Positions 30,363-40,838 of a stretch of 64,000 nt of DNA are shown here, piece by piece. The stretch is from an uncultured Bacilli bacterium. GTDB lineage: Bacteria; Bacillota_I; Bacilli_A; RF39; UBA660. Both the position numbers and the translations under genes were made by a program. The notes beneath the pieces were generated by a model. The model ran no database searches. It was not told the DNA's origin and saw nothing but the letters and a program-made list of their open reading frames with translations. Location: NCBI GenBank assembly GCA_934098445.1, contig CAKOOW010000001.1, positions 10,872 to 74,871 of the forward strand. Reading direction: 5' to 3'. Every line of letters starts with the position of its first letter. The stretch's first letter is position 1.

Positions 30363-33300
30363 TTAATTTACTTTCTTATTTTTAATTATTAACTTATCGG
30401 CACAAGCGAGCATACTAGGTAAAATAATAAGCATTAATAACATTGAACATAAAGTACCAATCGAAATAGTCTTACATATCATCGCCGCAATATGGGAAGC
30501 AAATTTACCTACTATTAAAGTTACAATAATTAAAATAGAAGCACTAGTTAATATCGTATGAATGGATTTATTATAAGAGTTAATTAAGGCCTCTTTAATA
30601 TCCATAGTTCTTCTTGATTCTAAATAATATGATGTATAAAGGATAGCATAGTCGATAGTAGCGCCCATTAAGATACTTTGAACAATTAGTAAGGCAATGA
30701 AATATACAGAGCCACCCGCAAAGGTTAAGGTATCCATGGTAATATAAACAGCACATTGAATTAATAATACTAAAATAATTGGAATTAAAATTGATTTAAA
30801 GGTAAAGGCTACAACCACAAAGATAAAAATCATTGTCAAAACAGTTATTAGGTTCATTTCCCCATCAAATGATTTACTCATTTCCAAAGCCATTGGCGAA
30901 TCTCCTATAACATAAGCATTTTTACCATTCATATGATCTTTAACAGCTGTAATAAAGTTGTATGTTTCCTCTCCTTCGGCTTCTAAGGTTGTATTAAAGA
31001 TAGCACGATTATAATCTTTTCCTACTAATAATTCTTTAGCATCCCCAATAGTAGTTTTAGCATCACTAACTTTAGTACGCATCTCATTATCTATAAAGTC
31101 ATCAAAACGACTATCCGTTAAAATATCATCATTAATATAACGAACAAATTCTTCAACAGTTAAAGTCCAATCTTCATTATAATGATTAACACTTCCATAA
31201 TAGATGAATAATAAGTCCATAGTATTCTTATCAATATTATCAGCTAAATGATTAATAAGCGCTAACATTTCGGTTAGATTGAATTTCGTATTTTTCTTAA
31301 CTGATTCCATAATCGCACGAACAGTATTTAGTTGACTCTTCATATCATCAGTAAACATAGAAGCATATTTACTATCGTTTACGACATTATCTAATAAATA
31401 ATTAACAAAAGTATCTAAAGATAAAGTGACTTTTTTACCATTTTGAACTTCATATAGAGAATATAATAATTTTAAATCATCTTTAGAGGCATTAATTAGG
31501 TTAGCCATATCCGAATAACCATATTTAGTATTATTATAAACAGAGTCCATAACAGTATTAACAAGGGTTAATTTACTTAGAGAATTATTATCAAGAGACC
31601 CTTTTAGCATCTCATCATTTTGATGGTTAAGTAAGAACTTTGCAAATTCCATTGGGGTAATCATTGTATTAGTATTCATAACATGATATAGGGTATAAAT
31701 TTGTTTTACCATAGCTTCATCGGTACCAATAAGTTTAGCCATATCGCTATAATTATATTTAGTACCATTGTTAGTTGAATCCATAATATTCTTAGCTAAG
31801 TTTAAAGTCTTAAGAGTTTTCTCATCTAAAATTTTACTAAGAATAGCATTATCTTTATTTTCTAAAATTAGATTAACAAATTCATAGGGAGTTAAATAAA
31901 TTTCTTTATTTTTAATTAAACCAATAACTTCGTCGACTTTTTCTTCGGGAACACCAAAGATACTAGCAATTTTCTTTATGGTTACTACTTCTTCATCTGT
32001 TATTTCAGCATTTTTAAGAGCTTCTTCTAACTTAGCTAGTAATTTATCAACATCAAGACCAGTTTTTTCTTCAATAATATCTTTATATTTAGTTAATAAT
32101 TCTTTAATTTCAGCTGGGGTGTAACCGTTAATAGTAACATTTTTTAAATCTAAAATAGAGTTAATATCAGCTTTAGATAGGTCAAAGATTTTAGCTAATC
32201 CCTCAGCATCCATCTTAGTATTAATAATTTCTTTATTACTTAAAACTTTTAATAATTTTAAGGAAGCAACGGTATCATCAGTAAATAAAGCTTGATATTC
32301 TGGATTTGTATAGACTTTATCTAAGGTAAAGTTAACAAATTCATTGATAGTTAATTTTTCTTTAATATCTTGTAAAGACTCATAGTACATGAATAGCTTA
32401 TCAACATCATCTTTAGATAATTCAAACATATTAGCTATTTCACTAGAGTTTTTCTTCGTTGTAATATTATTCTTGCTTAAGAATGGTTTAGCTTCTTTCA
32501 ATAAAGCTTTTTGGTCTTCGGAAATATAAGCTTTATAAGCATCATTTTTTAAGACATAATTATTTATAAAGTTAGCAAGTTCAGGTAAAGTAATTTTAGT
32601 ATTGGGATTAGTAGCATTATAAAGAATAAATAATTGGTCGACTTGGTCTTTAGATACCCCTAGAATACTAGCAATTTCACTAGATGTTCTCTTTTTATTT
32701 AAAGCGCCAATACTAGTAAAGTTTTTAAGCTTAGTAATGTTTTGTCTTAGTTCTGGAGTTATTTCTTTAGAAAGTTCCGCGTTTGGATAAACCTTATTTT
32801 CAATAAAAGTAACTAAGTCATTAAAAGTCATAGTGGTTTCTTGTTTATTGTAGTAATTGAAATAGATTAATTTAAGAACATAATCATCAATATCGACATC
32901 TTGGCCTAAATCACTAAATTTATTTTTTAGTTCATCATATTTTAAAGGCTCGTTAATAGTATTACCATAGCATAAGATTTGGTCAATTTTCTCAGTGCCT
33001 TCTAAAGAGCGACAATAAGCCCCAACATACTCTTCCTCATTGCTTGGATAGATAAGGGCAATTTGATTATTTTCTTTAAAAACTCTTGCGATATCATCTT
33101 GTTCCTTAGAAGTAAATTCGTATTGTAGATTGCCTTTTAAGAAATAACTTAACGCAAAGATAATAATAAATAAGAAAATTGCCATATGACGAATACCAAA
33201 ACTAAAGTTTCCTAACCAATCTAATTTCATAGAGAAATGTTTCTTTTGAGTTTTCTCAATTAGTGAATCAAACATTAAGATTAAGGCTGGTAGAGCCAAG

Positions 33301-34193
33301 AAGATACTTATTAAACTGAATATTACTCCTTTAGCAAGAACAATTCCTAAATCACGACCGATAGTAAAGCTCATAAATACTAAGGCAAGTAATCCGACAA
33401 TAGTAGTAACCGAGCTACTAGAAATAGAGCCAAAAGAATGGTATAAAGCATTTTTCATAGCTTCTTCCTTATTTTTAGTATGTTCTTTTTCTTGAGTATA
33501 TCTATTCATTAACATGATAGAATAATCCATGGATAAAGCCATTTGTAAGATGGCACAAATCGAAGTAGTAATATTAGAGACACTACTAAAGATGATATTG
33601 GTTCCTTTATTTAGGAAAACAGCTAAACCAATAACAAATAGAAATAAGAATGGCTCAACATAACTATCACACATAATAATTAAAATAATCATTGCGCAGA
33701 AGATTGCAAGAGCAATTACGGCAATATTAAGAACAGGAGCATTACGAGTGGCCACCTCACCTGAAGTATAGACCTCATAATCTTTATAGTTATCTTTAAC
33801 ACTCTTATAGACATTGGCGGCATTTTTTGAGTCGTCCGCACCATCGACTGTTATTTCATAGAGAGTATATTCATCCTTATTATATTTATCAGAATCATCA
33901 TAAGTAACAGCTGAAACCCCCTCTATGTTTTCTAATTCATCTTTAATTTTATTTTTATCTTCAGTACTTAAATCTTTAAACATAACATTTAAAGCACTAG
34001 TATCAAGTTCTGGGAACTCATCGTTCATAATATCCATCCCGATTCTAGTTTCGGAAGTACTTGGTAAATACTCAGTTAAATCATAGTTGATATTAACTTT
34101 AGTAGAAAGATACAAACAAACTACAGATAAAATTATAAAAATAGTTAAAACGTAATTTCTTTTTTCAATAATGAAATCAGTAACTTTTCGCAT
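30363..34193 (-). CDS. MMPL/RND-superfamily membrane transporter, an unusually long 1276 aa with tandem internal repeats in the extracytoplasmic domain.
   Basis: Two 6-TM bundles are separated by about 700 aa containing at least 6 repeats of an 85-95-aa module (consensus ..SSEIA..F.LSKD.VD.LF..Y.......IT..EFVNF.L..V..N..Y...F.DD....LK). Confidence 0.7.
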   Translation of the reverse strand: MRKVTDFIIEKRNYVLTIFIILSVVCLYLSTKVNINYDLTEYLPSTSETRIGMDIMNDEFPELDTSALNVMFKDLSTEDKNKIKDELENIEGVSAVTYDDSDKYNKDEYTLYEITVDGADDSKNAANVYKSVKDNYKDYEVYTSGEVATRNAPVLNIAVIALAIFCAMIILIIMCDSYVEPFLFLFVIGLAVFLNKGTNIIFSSVSNITTSICAILQMALSMDYSIMLMNRYTQEKEHTKNKEEAMKNALYHSFGSISSSSVTTIVGLLALVFMSFTIGRDLGIVLAKGVIFSLISIFLALPALILMFDSLIEKTQKKHFSMKLDWLGNFSFGIRHMAIFLFIIIFALSYFLKGNLQYEFTSKEQDDIARVFKENNQIALIYPSNEEEYVGAYCRSLEGTEKIDQILCYGNTINEPLKYDELKNKFSDLGQDVDIDDYVLKLIYFNYYNKQETTMTFNDLVTFIENKVYPNAELSKEITPELRQNITKLKNFTSIGALNKKRTSSEIASILGVSKDQVDQLFILYNATNPNTKITLPELANFINNYVLKNDAYKAYISEDQKALLKEAKPFLSKNNITTKKNSSEIANMFELSKDDVDKLFMYYESLQDIKEKLTINEFVNFTLDKVYTNPEYQALFTDDTVASLKLLKVLSNKEIINTKMDAEGLAKIFDLSKADINSILDLKNVTINGYTPAEIKELLTKYKDIIEEKTGLDVDKLLAKLEEALKNAEITDEEVVTIKKIASIFGVPEEKVDEVIGLIKNKEIYLTPYEFVNLILENKDNAILSKILDEKTLKTLNLAKNIMDSTNNGTKYNYSDMAKLIGTDEAMVKQIYTLYHVMNTNTMITPMEFAKFLLNHQNDEMLKGSLDNNSLSKLTLVNTVMDSVYNNTKYGYSDMANLINASKDDLKLLYSLYEVQNGKKVTLSLDTFVNYLLDNVVNDSKYASMFTDDMKSQLNTVRAIMESVKKNTKFNLTEMLALINHLADNIDKNTMDLLFIYYGSVNHYNEDWTLTVEEFVRYINDDILTDSRFDDFIDNEMRTKVSDAKTTIGDAKELLVGKDYNRAIFNTTLEAEGEETYNFITAVKDHMNGKNAYVIGDSPMALEMSKSFDGEMNLITVLTMIFIFVVVAFTFKSILIPIILVLLIQCAVYITMDTLTFAGGSVYFIALLIVQSILMGATIDYAILYTSYYLESRRTMDIKEALINSYNKSIHTILTSASILIIVTLIVGKFASHIAAMICKTISIGTLCSMLLMLIILPSMLACADKLIIKNKKVN

Positions 34194-34360
34194 AATTTAT
34201 TCCTCCCTTTAACCCCATTTTTCTGGGACGCACAACAAATTATATGCAAACGGGTATAAATTATAAAGCACACTTTTATGGATAGTGTCTAAATTTTTAC
34301 AAGTGTTTGCATTTTGTCGTATTTATGTGATATAATTTATCTAGTTTAAAGGTGGTTTAA

Positions 34361-34954
34361 ATGAAAGTCAAGAATAAAAATCGTTCTTCAATCAAAACAA
34401 GACAAAAAATTAGGGAAGCATTTGCTGAGCTTTTAAAAGAGAAAAATGAATTATCTAATATGAATGTAACTGAACTCGTAAAGTTAGCCGATATCACAAG
34501 ATCAACTTTCTATACGCATTATGATTCAATATATGATGTGGCTAAAGACTTACAGGATGAAACGTTAGAATTAATATCAATTTATGATAAGGATATACGT
34601 AGCATTAAGGATTTAGATAAGTACATTGACCGAGTTATTAATAATCTAAAAGAAAATGAAGATATGTATAGAACTCTTCTTCGAAGTAGGGAGCCTCTGC
34701 TATTCATTGAGAAATTAAGTAATATGATTAACAAGAGACTTAGGGATTTTCATATGTTTCAAGAGGGGGATTACAATGATCTAATAGTAACTTTCTTTAC
34801 TTATGGAATTGTTAATTTGTTTGTTAGATATTTTATGGGGGAATTAAAATGTTCTTTAGATGATATCGGGGAGTTTATTAAGAGTATGGTTAAGGAGATG
34901 CTTGCCAATAAAAATGTAAATCAGATGATTAGTATGGATATCCAAAATATATAG
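34361..34954 (+). CDS. TetR/AcrR-family transcriptional regulator.
   Basis: N-terminal HTH (NVTELVKLADITRSTFYTHY). It is divergent from the MMPL gene. Confidence 0.8.
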   Translation: MKVKNKNRSSIKTRQKIREAFAELLKEKNELSNMNVTELVKLADITRSTFYTHYDSIYDVAKDLQDETLELISIYDKDIRSIKDLDKYIDRVINNLKENEDMYRTLLRSREPLLFIEKLSNMINKRLRDFHMFQEGDYNDLIVTFFTYGIVNLFVRYFMGELKCSLDDIGEFIKSMVKEMLANKNVNQMISMDIQNI

Positions 34955-35004
34955 AATGGTTTTAAAAGATTTAGTAAATAAGATATGGCTGTTTTTTAAA
35001 GAGA

Positions 35005-35100
35005 CAGTCTTTTTCATTGAAAAAAAAGCCCCTATATAAGTAAGGAAAATATTCCTAGATGCATATTATCTTAAGTATATAGTATGATATCTAATTTTAT
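35005..35100. repeat. Intergenic repeat element, copy A (a second copy is at 63902-64000).
   Basis: About 85-88% identity over a roughly 70-nt core (agcccctatataagtaaggaaaatattcctaga...cttaagtatatagta...). It contains an imperfect 13-bp hairpin and a GGAAAATATTCC near-palindrome. Confidence 0.6.
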
Positions 35101-35185
35101 CCTAAAAGACAAGGAGTGATAAGATTTTTTTAATTTTTTTTAGAAAAGGGAGTACTAGTTAAACTAGAAAGACAAAGAAAAAATA

Positions 35186-36055
35186 CTACTCGGATTTTTT
35201 AGGACCTGTAGTATTCTTAGAATTATTAACTCTCTTAGAATTAGATGATTTCTTATTATTTTGATTAGAGTGGTGATAATTATTGTTCTTTGAAGTTGTT
35301 TTATTATTTTTATAATTGTTATGATTCTTAGGAGTGTTTGTTTTGGATTTACTAGAAGAGTTAGAATCGGATGATAAAGGTTTTTTCTTTTCCTGGAACA
35401 CTTCTTTAGGACTAGACATCTCGGCTAAGACTTTATTAGTAGCTTCTTCTAAGACCTTACTAGTATTCCTTTTATTAGCATTATCTATTTCTAATTGTTT
35501 TTTTAAAACTAAGTAATCTTCATCTGGTTGAAAAGCTAAATGAATTAGATAAGCACTGGTAGTTATAGAAACTATAATAATAGCAAAGCCTACTAGATAA
35601 CATTTTATTATTCCTTTAGGGCTATCTTTTTTCTCTAAATAATCTAAAACTTCATTATAGTTTTTACGAAGATTATTTTTCTTAGTTAAACTAGAGTATT
35701 TAAGTTTTTCTAATTCTTCTAAACGAGTATTGATGGTATCTATTTTTTTCTCTAGTTCTAAATATTTAGTAGAGTTATTAGATGTCTTAGGAAGTTCAGA
35801 TAGTTCATTTCGCAGAGTTTGTTTTTCTATTTTTAAACTTTCTATTTCCGTAACATAGCTATCATATTCGGTGTCATTAGAAGTCATTTCTCTTTCGAGT
35901 GCTATTTTATCGTTGGATGTATATTTATTTACATTGGTGAGATATTTGTTTAAATTGAACATTATAACTCCTATACCTAGGACTAAGCCAATAATAATAG
36001 TAGTTATTCCTGCTACTAAATAGGACTTGTTATAAGGATTATTTGTATTTTGCAT
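35186..36055 (-). CDS. Two-TM coiled-coil protein with a highly basic K/N/S-rich C-terminal tail.
   Basis: TM helices at aa ~13-35 and ~150-175, a central heptad-like region, and a low-complexity tail. Confidence 0.3.
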   Translation of the reverse strand: MQNTNNPYNKSYLVAGITTIIIGLVLGIGVIMFNLNKYLTNVNKYTSNDKIALEREMTSNDTEYDSYVTEIESLKIEKQTLRNELSELPKTSNNSTKYLELEKKIDTINTRLEELEKLKYSSLTKKNNLRKNYNEVLDYLEKKDSPKGIIKCYLVGFAIIIVSITTSAYLIHLAFQPDEDYLVLKKQLEIDNANKRNTSKVLEEATNKVLAEMSSPKEVFQEKKKPLSSDSNSSSKSKTNTPKNHNNYKNNKTTSKNNNYHHSNQNNKKSSNSKRVNNSKNTTGPKKSE

Positions 36056-36206
36056 ATATAACCTCTTTATATTCTTATATTTATATCATAACACAGGAGA
36101 GGTAGTAATGCAAAAGATTTTAGAAGTTAGAGAAAGAAGTAAAATTAAAGAAATGGTCTTTGTATTTTATTATAAATATGATATATATAGTATAGGTGGT
36201 ATTATA

Positions 36207-37373
36207 ATGAAATTAATGAAATCCTTGGTTCTAGGAAGTTTAATAATTACTAGTTTTTGTGGTTGTGGGAAGATAAAAGCGACAGTTGAGGTTAAGAATG
36301 ATTTAGAATATCCAGTGTATTCAAAAGTTAATTTAAGAGACTTAATAAGTATTAATGATGGTTTTATTAGTGAGGATAAAGAAGTTCTATTAGATAAAGT
36401 AGGAGAAAATAAGATTACTGTTGATTATCAAGATTATAAGAAGCATAAAGGAAAGGTTGAAGTAAGTGTAAATGCTTATGATAAAGAGACTCCTTTTCTT
36501 AGTATGAGTAGTAATGTCTATAAAGTAGTAAATAGTGATTTTGATTTATGTAGTAGTGCTTTTTATGCAGATAATTATGATAGAGACTTAGAATGTTTTA
36601 TTAATGGGGATTATGATAAGAATAAGATAGGTAATTATAGGTTAGAATTAGTAGTTAAAGATCAAAGTGGCAATGAAAATCGACAGAATTTTACTTTACA
36701 TATGATTGAGAAGTTTAATAGTAATAATAATACGGCAATGCCAGAAGGATATGATTTTAAAGAAGCAATTACTAATTATAAGAATGATAAGACGATGTTA
36801 GGAATAGATGTATCTAGTTTTCAAGGAGAAATTGACTGGGAAAAAGTTAAGGAAGCGGGAGTAGAATTTGCTATTATAAGACTGGGATTTGGTTATACAG
36901 TTAATATTGAATTAGTATTGGATAAATATTTTCAGGAGAATTTAAAAAACGCTAAAGACAATGGTATTCAAGTAGGTGTTTATTTTTATAGCTATGCTAA
37001 TGAGATAGAAGAGGTTAAAAAGCAAGCTCAGTTTATTGTGGATAATCTTGAGAAAGAAAAGTTAGACTTAGGAGTTACTTTTGACTGGGAGAATTGGAAT
37101 AATTTTAAGGATTATCATGTTAATCTTTATGATTTAGATAATATGTATAATAGTTTTAAAAAAGTTTTAGAAGATAATGGTTATAAGACTATGTTATATG
37201 GAAGTAAGTTTTACTTAAATAATATTTGGAAGACAGAAGATAAGGATATTTGGCTTGCCCATTATACTAGTAAGACTAATTATGATAAAGATTATGTTAT
37301 GTGGCAGTTTAGTGATAAGGGGATTGTTGAGGGAATAAATGGTTTTGTTGATTTAGATGTTTTATATAAATAA
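36207..37373 (+). CDS. GH25-family muramidase (lysozyme) lipoprotein.
   Basis: GIDVSSFQGEIDWEKVKEAGVEFAIIRLGFG...GVYFYSYA GH25 pattern. The start is placed at MKLMKS behind AGGTGGT; a lipobox-like FCGC follows. Confidence 0.7.
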   Translation: MKLMKSLVLGSLIITSFCGCGKIKATVEVKNDLEYPVYSKVNLRDLISINDGFISEDKEVLLDKVGENKITVDYQDYKKHKGKVEVSVNAYDKETPFLSMSSNVYKVVNSDFDLCSSAFYADNYDRDLECFINGDYDKNKIGNYRLELVVKDQSGNENRQNFTLHMIEKFNSNNNTAMPEGYDFKEAITNYKNDKTMLGIDVSSFQGEIDWEKVKEAGVEFAIIRLGFGYTVNIELVLDKYFQENLKNAKDNGIQVGVYFYSYANEIEEVKKQAQFIVDNLEKEKLDLGVTFDWENWNNFKDYHVNLYDLDNMYNSFKKVLEDNGYKTMLYGSKFYLNNIWKTEDKDIWLAHYTSKTNYDKDYVMWQFSDKGIVEGINGFVDLDVLYK

Positions 37374-37481
37374 TTATTATAGTTTGACAGTTTTTAGAAG
37401 TTAAAGTCTTTCAGTCCTAGTAATTATAAAGGATTGAGGGATTTTTTAGATAAGAATCATATGTAAAATAAGTTATTTTGA

Positions 37482-37518
37482 CTAAAAAAAAGAATTCTTT
37501 TGTAATGAATTCTTTAAA
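37482..37518. terminator. Bidirectional rho-independent terminator between convergent genes.
   Basis: AAAGAATTC-ttttgtaat-GAATTCTTT hairpin flanked by A and T runs. Confidence 0.6.
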
Positions 37519-37531
37519 TTATATGTTTTAT

Positions 37532-39412
37532 TTAACGTTTATTTCGACAGGAAACTCTTCTACGCACTGGTTCTGAAGGTTGAGTAGTTTCTTTACTTCG
37601 GCGTGCTACTTCTAGTTTTAATTTAAGAAAGGCTAGAAATACACCAATTGCCATGGGAGCCGCTAATGGTGATGTTATTATGTTACCGAAGTGCTTTAGA
37701 CGGCTTTCATATTTTTCAAGTTGAAGTATAACTGTGTTTAAAGTTGGGTTTTCACTTTCTTGAATTGGGAATAATTCATCAGTATAAAGATAACTAACAT
37801 CACAATTACCTTTACCATCAGCAGCTCCGGTATCTTTGCAAACATTGGTAACTTGACGAAGAGCTGGACTTACTCCTAAGAAAGTATCATTATTTAATTC
37901 TTCTAATTCTTCTATGCTAAATCCATCACTACTTCTCTCAGCTGCAGAATATTGAGGGCCACCCGCTAACCATAAAGGTGTTTCAAGATTACTTAACTCT
38001 TGTCCATGTAGATTCTTAATATTATTATTAATATCATTGATAGTACTCCTATTAGCATAAATACCAACAGTACTATAGCCATAATTACTAGCAATAGTTT
38101 TAGCCTCTACTATTAATTGATAATAATCATTATCTTCGGCATAATATTCAAAATCAATAAATAAAGGAATTTGATTCTTATCTACAGTAATACCATTTTG
38201 TTCATAGATAGCATCACAATTTTGAAGACGACTTTCAAAACGAGCCTTGAAATTTTCTATAGATATTTGTTTATCAACAGCAAAGTATAGTCCAAAGGGA
38301 ATTTGATTTTGGAAAGCACCAATGACATTTTCTTCTAGTTTCTTATCAGCAGAAATCATAGCAGCTTCTATTTTACCGTTGCTATTACGAGCTGATGTTG
38401 CTCTGATGATGATAAAATCAGAGGTTTCTTTAATTCTATCCCAATCCATGGTGTCTTGGTTAACGGAAACATCAATTCCTCTAGCAGCAGCATAACTATA
38501 ATTTCTGGTATTAGTATCTTTATTTACAGTAGCATACATATTTGGGATTTTGATTACTTTTACTTCCGACATTTCAGAAGCTTTAATATCATTGTAATTC
38601 AAAATATCATTAACACTTAAACCGTATTTTAAGGCTATTCCAGGAATAGACTCTCCTGGTTGTAGGGTGTAGTAAGCAGATAAAACCTGATTTTCTTCTT
38701 TATTAAGTCCTTTACTATTAATAACATCTGCTAAATTGTAACCAGCTGTAATATTACCATTACGATCTTTCTTTAAGGTTGCAGTTCCTTTATAATAATA
38801 ATTATATTCTTCTTTATCAAAGTCGTGGTCCATTATTAAATAAGTATCATATTCAGTAATAGGAGTTAAAAAAGCATCACAATTATATAGATTAGCATCA
38901 CCACCAGCTAAGCCAATATACATATTAGAATTACTACATTTAGTAATAAAGGCATTGATTAAGTTAATTTTTTGATTATTATCCAAATTGTAATTACCCA
39001 TTATTTCATCAATAGATAAGTAAATAGGTAAATCAATTGTATATCTTTGACAGAATGCTTGTAACATATCAATTTCATTATATATTTCCCCCAAGTTATT
39101 AGCTTTGGAATGTAAAACAACCGCACAAGATATGCCTTCTTCATTACATTTTTGGGCAATATTACCCATTTTAATAAGGTCATAGTCAGTGCCAATATTT
39201 AATACCATAAAATTGTTTTGTTTAACTTTTAAGCTACTATAATCATCATAGCCATAAGTATTTTCTGGTTCATTGCCATGAGCAAGACCCGCCATATAAT
39301 TTTCAAGACTGTTAGAAGCTATTAAAGCAAATGCTGCATCTAAGACTAGACCAGCTGTGCATGCTTTGCTCAAATTTTGCTTATTCTTTTCTTCATCATA
39401 ATAATTATTCAT
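37532..39412 (-). CDS. Cell-wall hydrolase with two GH25-like domains and a central LysM domain, plus a C-terminal hydrophobic anchor.
   Basis: ARGIDVSVNQDTMDWDRIK...FIIIRAT...GLYFAV GH25 pattern, a LysM (YTLQPGESIPGIALKYGLSVNDILNYN), and a C-terminal LAAPMAIGVFLAFLKL segment. Confidence 0.55.
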   Translation of the reverse strand: MNNYYDEEKNKQNLSKACTAGLVLDAAFALIASNSLENYMAGLAHGNEPENTYGYDDYSSLKVKQNNFMVLNIGTDYDLIKMGNIAQKCNEEGISCAVVLHSKANNLGEIYNEIDMLQAFCQRYTIDLPIYLSIDEIMGNYNLDNNQKINLINAFITKCSNSNMYIGLAGGDANLYNCDAFLTPITEYDTYLIMDHDFDKEEYNYYYKGTATLKKDRNGNITAGYNLADVINSKGLNKEENQVLSAYYTLQPGESIPGIALKYGLSVNDILNYNDIKASEMSEVKVIKIPNMYATVNKDTNTRNYSYAAARGIDVSVNQDTMDWDRIKETSDFIIIRATSARNSNGKIEAAMISADKKLEENVIGAFQNQIPFGLYFAVDKQISIENFKARFESRLQNCDAIYEQNGITVDKNQIPLFIDFEYYAEDNDYYQLIVEAKTIASNYGYSTVGIYANRSTINDINNNIKNLHGQELSNLETPLWLAGGPQYSAAERSSDGFSIEELEELNNDTFLGVSPALRQVTNVCKDTGAADGKGNCDVSYLYTDELFPIQESENPTLNTVILQLEKYESRLKHFGNIITSPLAAPMAIGVFLAFLKLKLEVARRSKETTQPSEPVRRRVSCRNKR

Positions 39413-39483
39413 AAAATCCCCCTAAACACGTTTCGTGTTTCTTGGAGGATATATTAGCATATAGTTTACATATTGTCAAGTGA

Positions 39484-39966
39484 TTACGAATTTAGGACAT
39501 ACTCAGTTATAATTAACTTATGAGGTTCTAAGATTTTATCTTCATCGACTAAGCGAATTAATTCTTCTTTTTTAAACCAATTAATTTGATTTACTTCATC
39601 CAATTGATATTCTAATTTATCAGTATCTATTTGATCATTGATTAAGTAAATATTAAAAATAAAATTTTTCTGGGGATATTTAATCGTTGCTAATTTAATA
39701 GGGTTTATATCAGTTAAATTTAATTCTTCTTTTAGCTCTCTTTTTAAAGCACTTATAGCATCTTCATTATGTTGTAAGTGTCCGCCGGCGAAGCACCATC
39801 TATAGTCATTTTTGCTTGTCGTCTGCTCTAGTAAAAATTTATTATTATTTTTTATGATAGCATAAGAGAGCATAATATTAGTATTTTCGGGGATTTCATC
39901 TACTCTTCTAATAATTGTTTTATTTAATTTCTTAAAATCATTGTCATATAAATCTAATATTTCCAT
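39484..39966 (-). CDS. NUDIX hydrolase.
   Basis: Nudix box GGHLQHNEDAISALKRELKEELNL. Confidence 0.8.
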   Translation of the reverse strand: MEILDLYDNDFKKLNKTIIRRVDEIPENTNIMLSYAIIKNNNKFLLEQTTSKNDYRWCFAGGHLQHNEDAISALKRELKEELNLTDINPIKLATIKYPQKNFIFNIYLINDQIDTDKLEYQLDEVNQINWFKKEELIRLVDEDKILEPHKLIITEYVLNS

Positions 39967-39976
39967 ATTCTAACTA

Positions 39977-40822
39977 TTAAAATATTACCGTACCTTCAAG
40001 ATTACAAATATAACAGTCTGGTAGTATTTCTTTTATCTCCTTTAAAACTTTTTTATCTTTTTCATAAGTTTTACCAACTAAAATACCTTCAATTAAGTTA
40101 CTTGGTATACCAAAAAGGACCGCACTTTCTCTATTAGTAAAGAAGTCATCTTTTTTAGCTCTATCTTTGATAAATTTTTCATAATAGTTTGGATTGACAA
40201 AATCTTTAACTAATTCATCATCAAAATTATTAGTATCTAAAATATCACCTATTAGTAGGTTACTTTCTTTAACTAAATCAGCATTAAATATAATACCTAT
40301 TTGAACTTTATCCTGATTTAAACTTGGCATAAATCTTGCCTCTTTAGTTTGTTCCATTAGCCACATATGGCAATCATATTTTTGAGAAATTTCATTTATA
40401 TTAGACATATTATCATAAGAGATTACGGCGGTTTTACTAACTTCTTTATTAGTTAATTCATCAAATACACCACAATACATAATTGTTCCACCAGAATAAA
40501 AATTAATGTAGTCCTTTAAATAATAGTCTTTTTGTAAATTCCATACCCCAACAGAACTGGGATATTTGGATAATCTCCCATCGATAAACCAACTAGAGAT
40601 TAACCCGTTTTTAACAATTTCTTTAAGTCCTTCTAAGTTTTTGTAAGTACCGTGTAACAGTGTTCCTTTTTTCAAAAACACTTTATCACCAATTTTATAC
40701 ATATGTTGTGGGCATGCAATATTACTAGCTTTGTAAAAACGGTTAATTTGATTTAAAACAATTTTCTTGGAATTGTCAGTTAAAATTTCTTTAGTTTTTT
40801 CAATAAAATCTTCTTCTTTCAT
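39977..40822 (-). CDS. Hypothetical protein (281 aa) with no recognisable motif.
   Basis: The ORF is tightly packed between the two NUDIX genes; it is hydrophilic and presumably cytoplasmic. Confidence 0.3.
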   Translation of the reverse strand: MKEEDFIEKTKEILTDNSKKIVLNQINRFYKASNIACPQHMYKIGDKVFLKKGTLLHGTYKNLEGLKEIVKNGLISSWFIDGRLSKYPSSVGVWNLQKDYYLKDYINFYSGGTIMYCGVFDELTNKEVSKTAVISYDNMSNINEISQKYDCHMWLMEQTKEARFMPSLNQDKVQIGIIFNADLVKESNLLIGDILDTNNFDDELVKDFVNPNYYEKFIKDRAKKDDFFTNRESAVLFGIPSNLIEGILVGKTYEKDKKVLKEIKEILPDCYICNLEGTVIF

Positions 40823-40838
40823 TCTATCCCTTTTCTAA

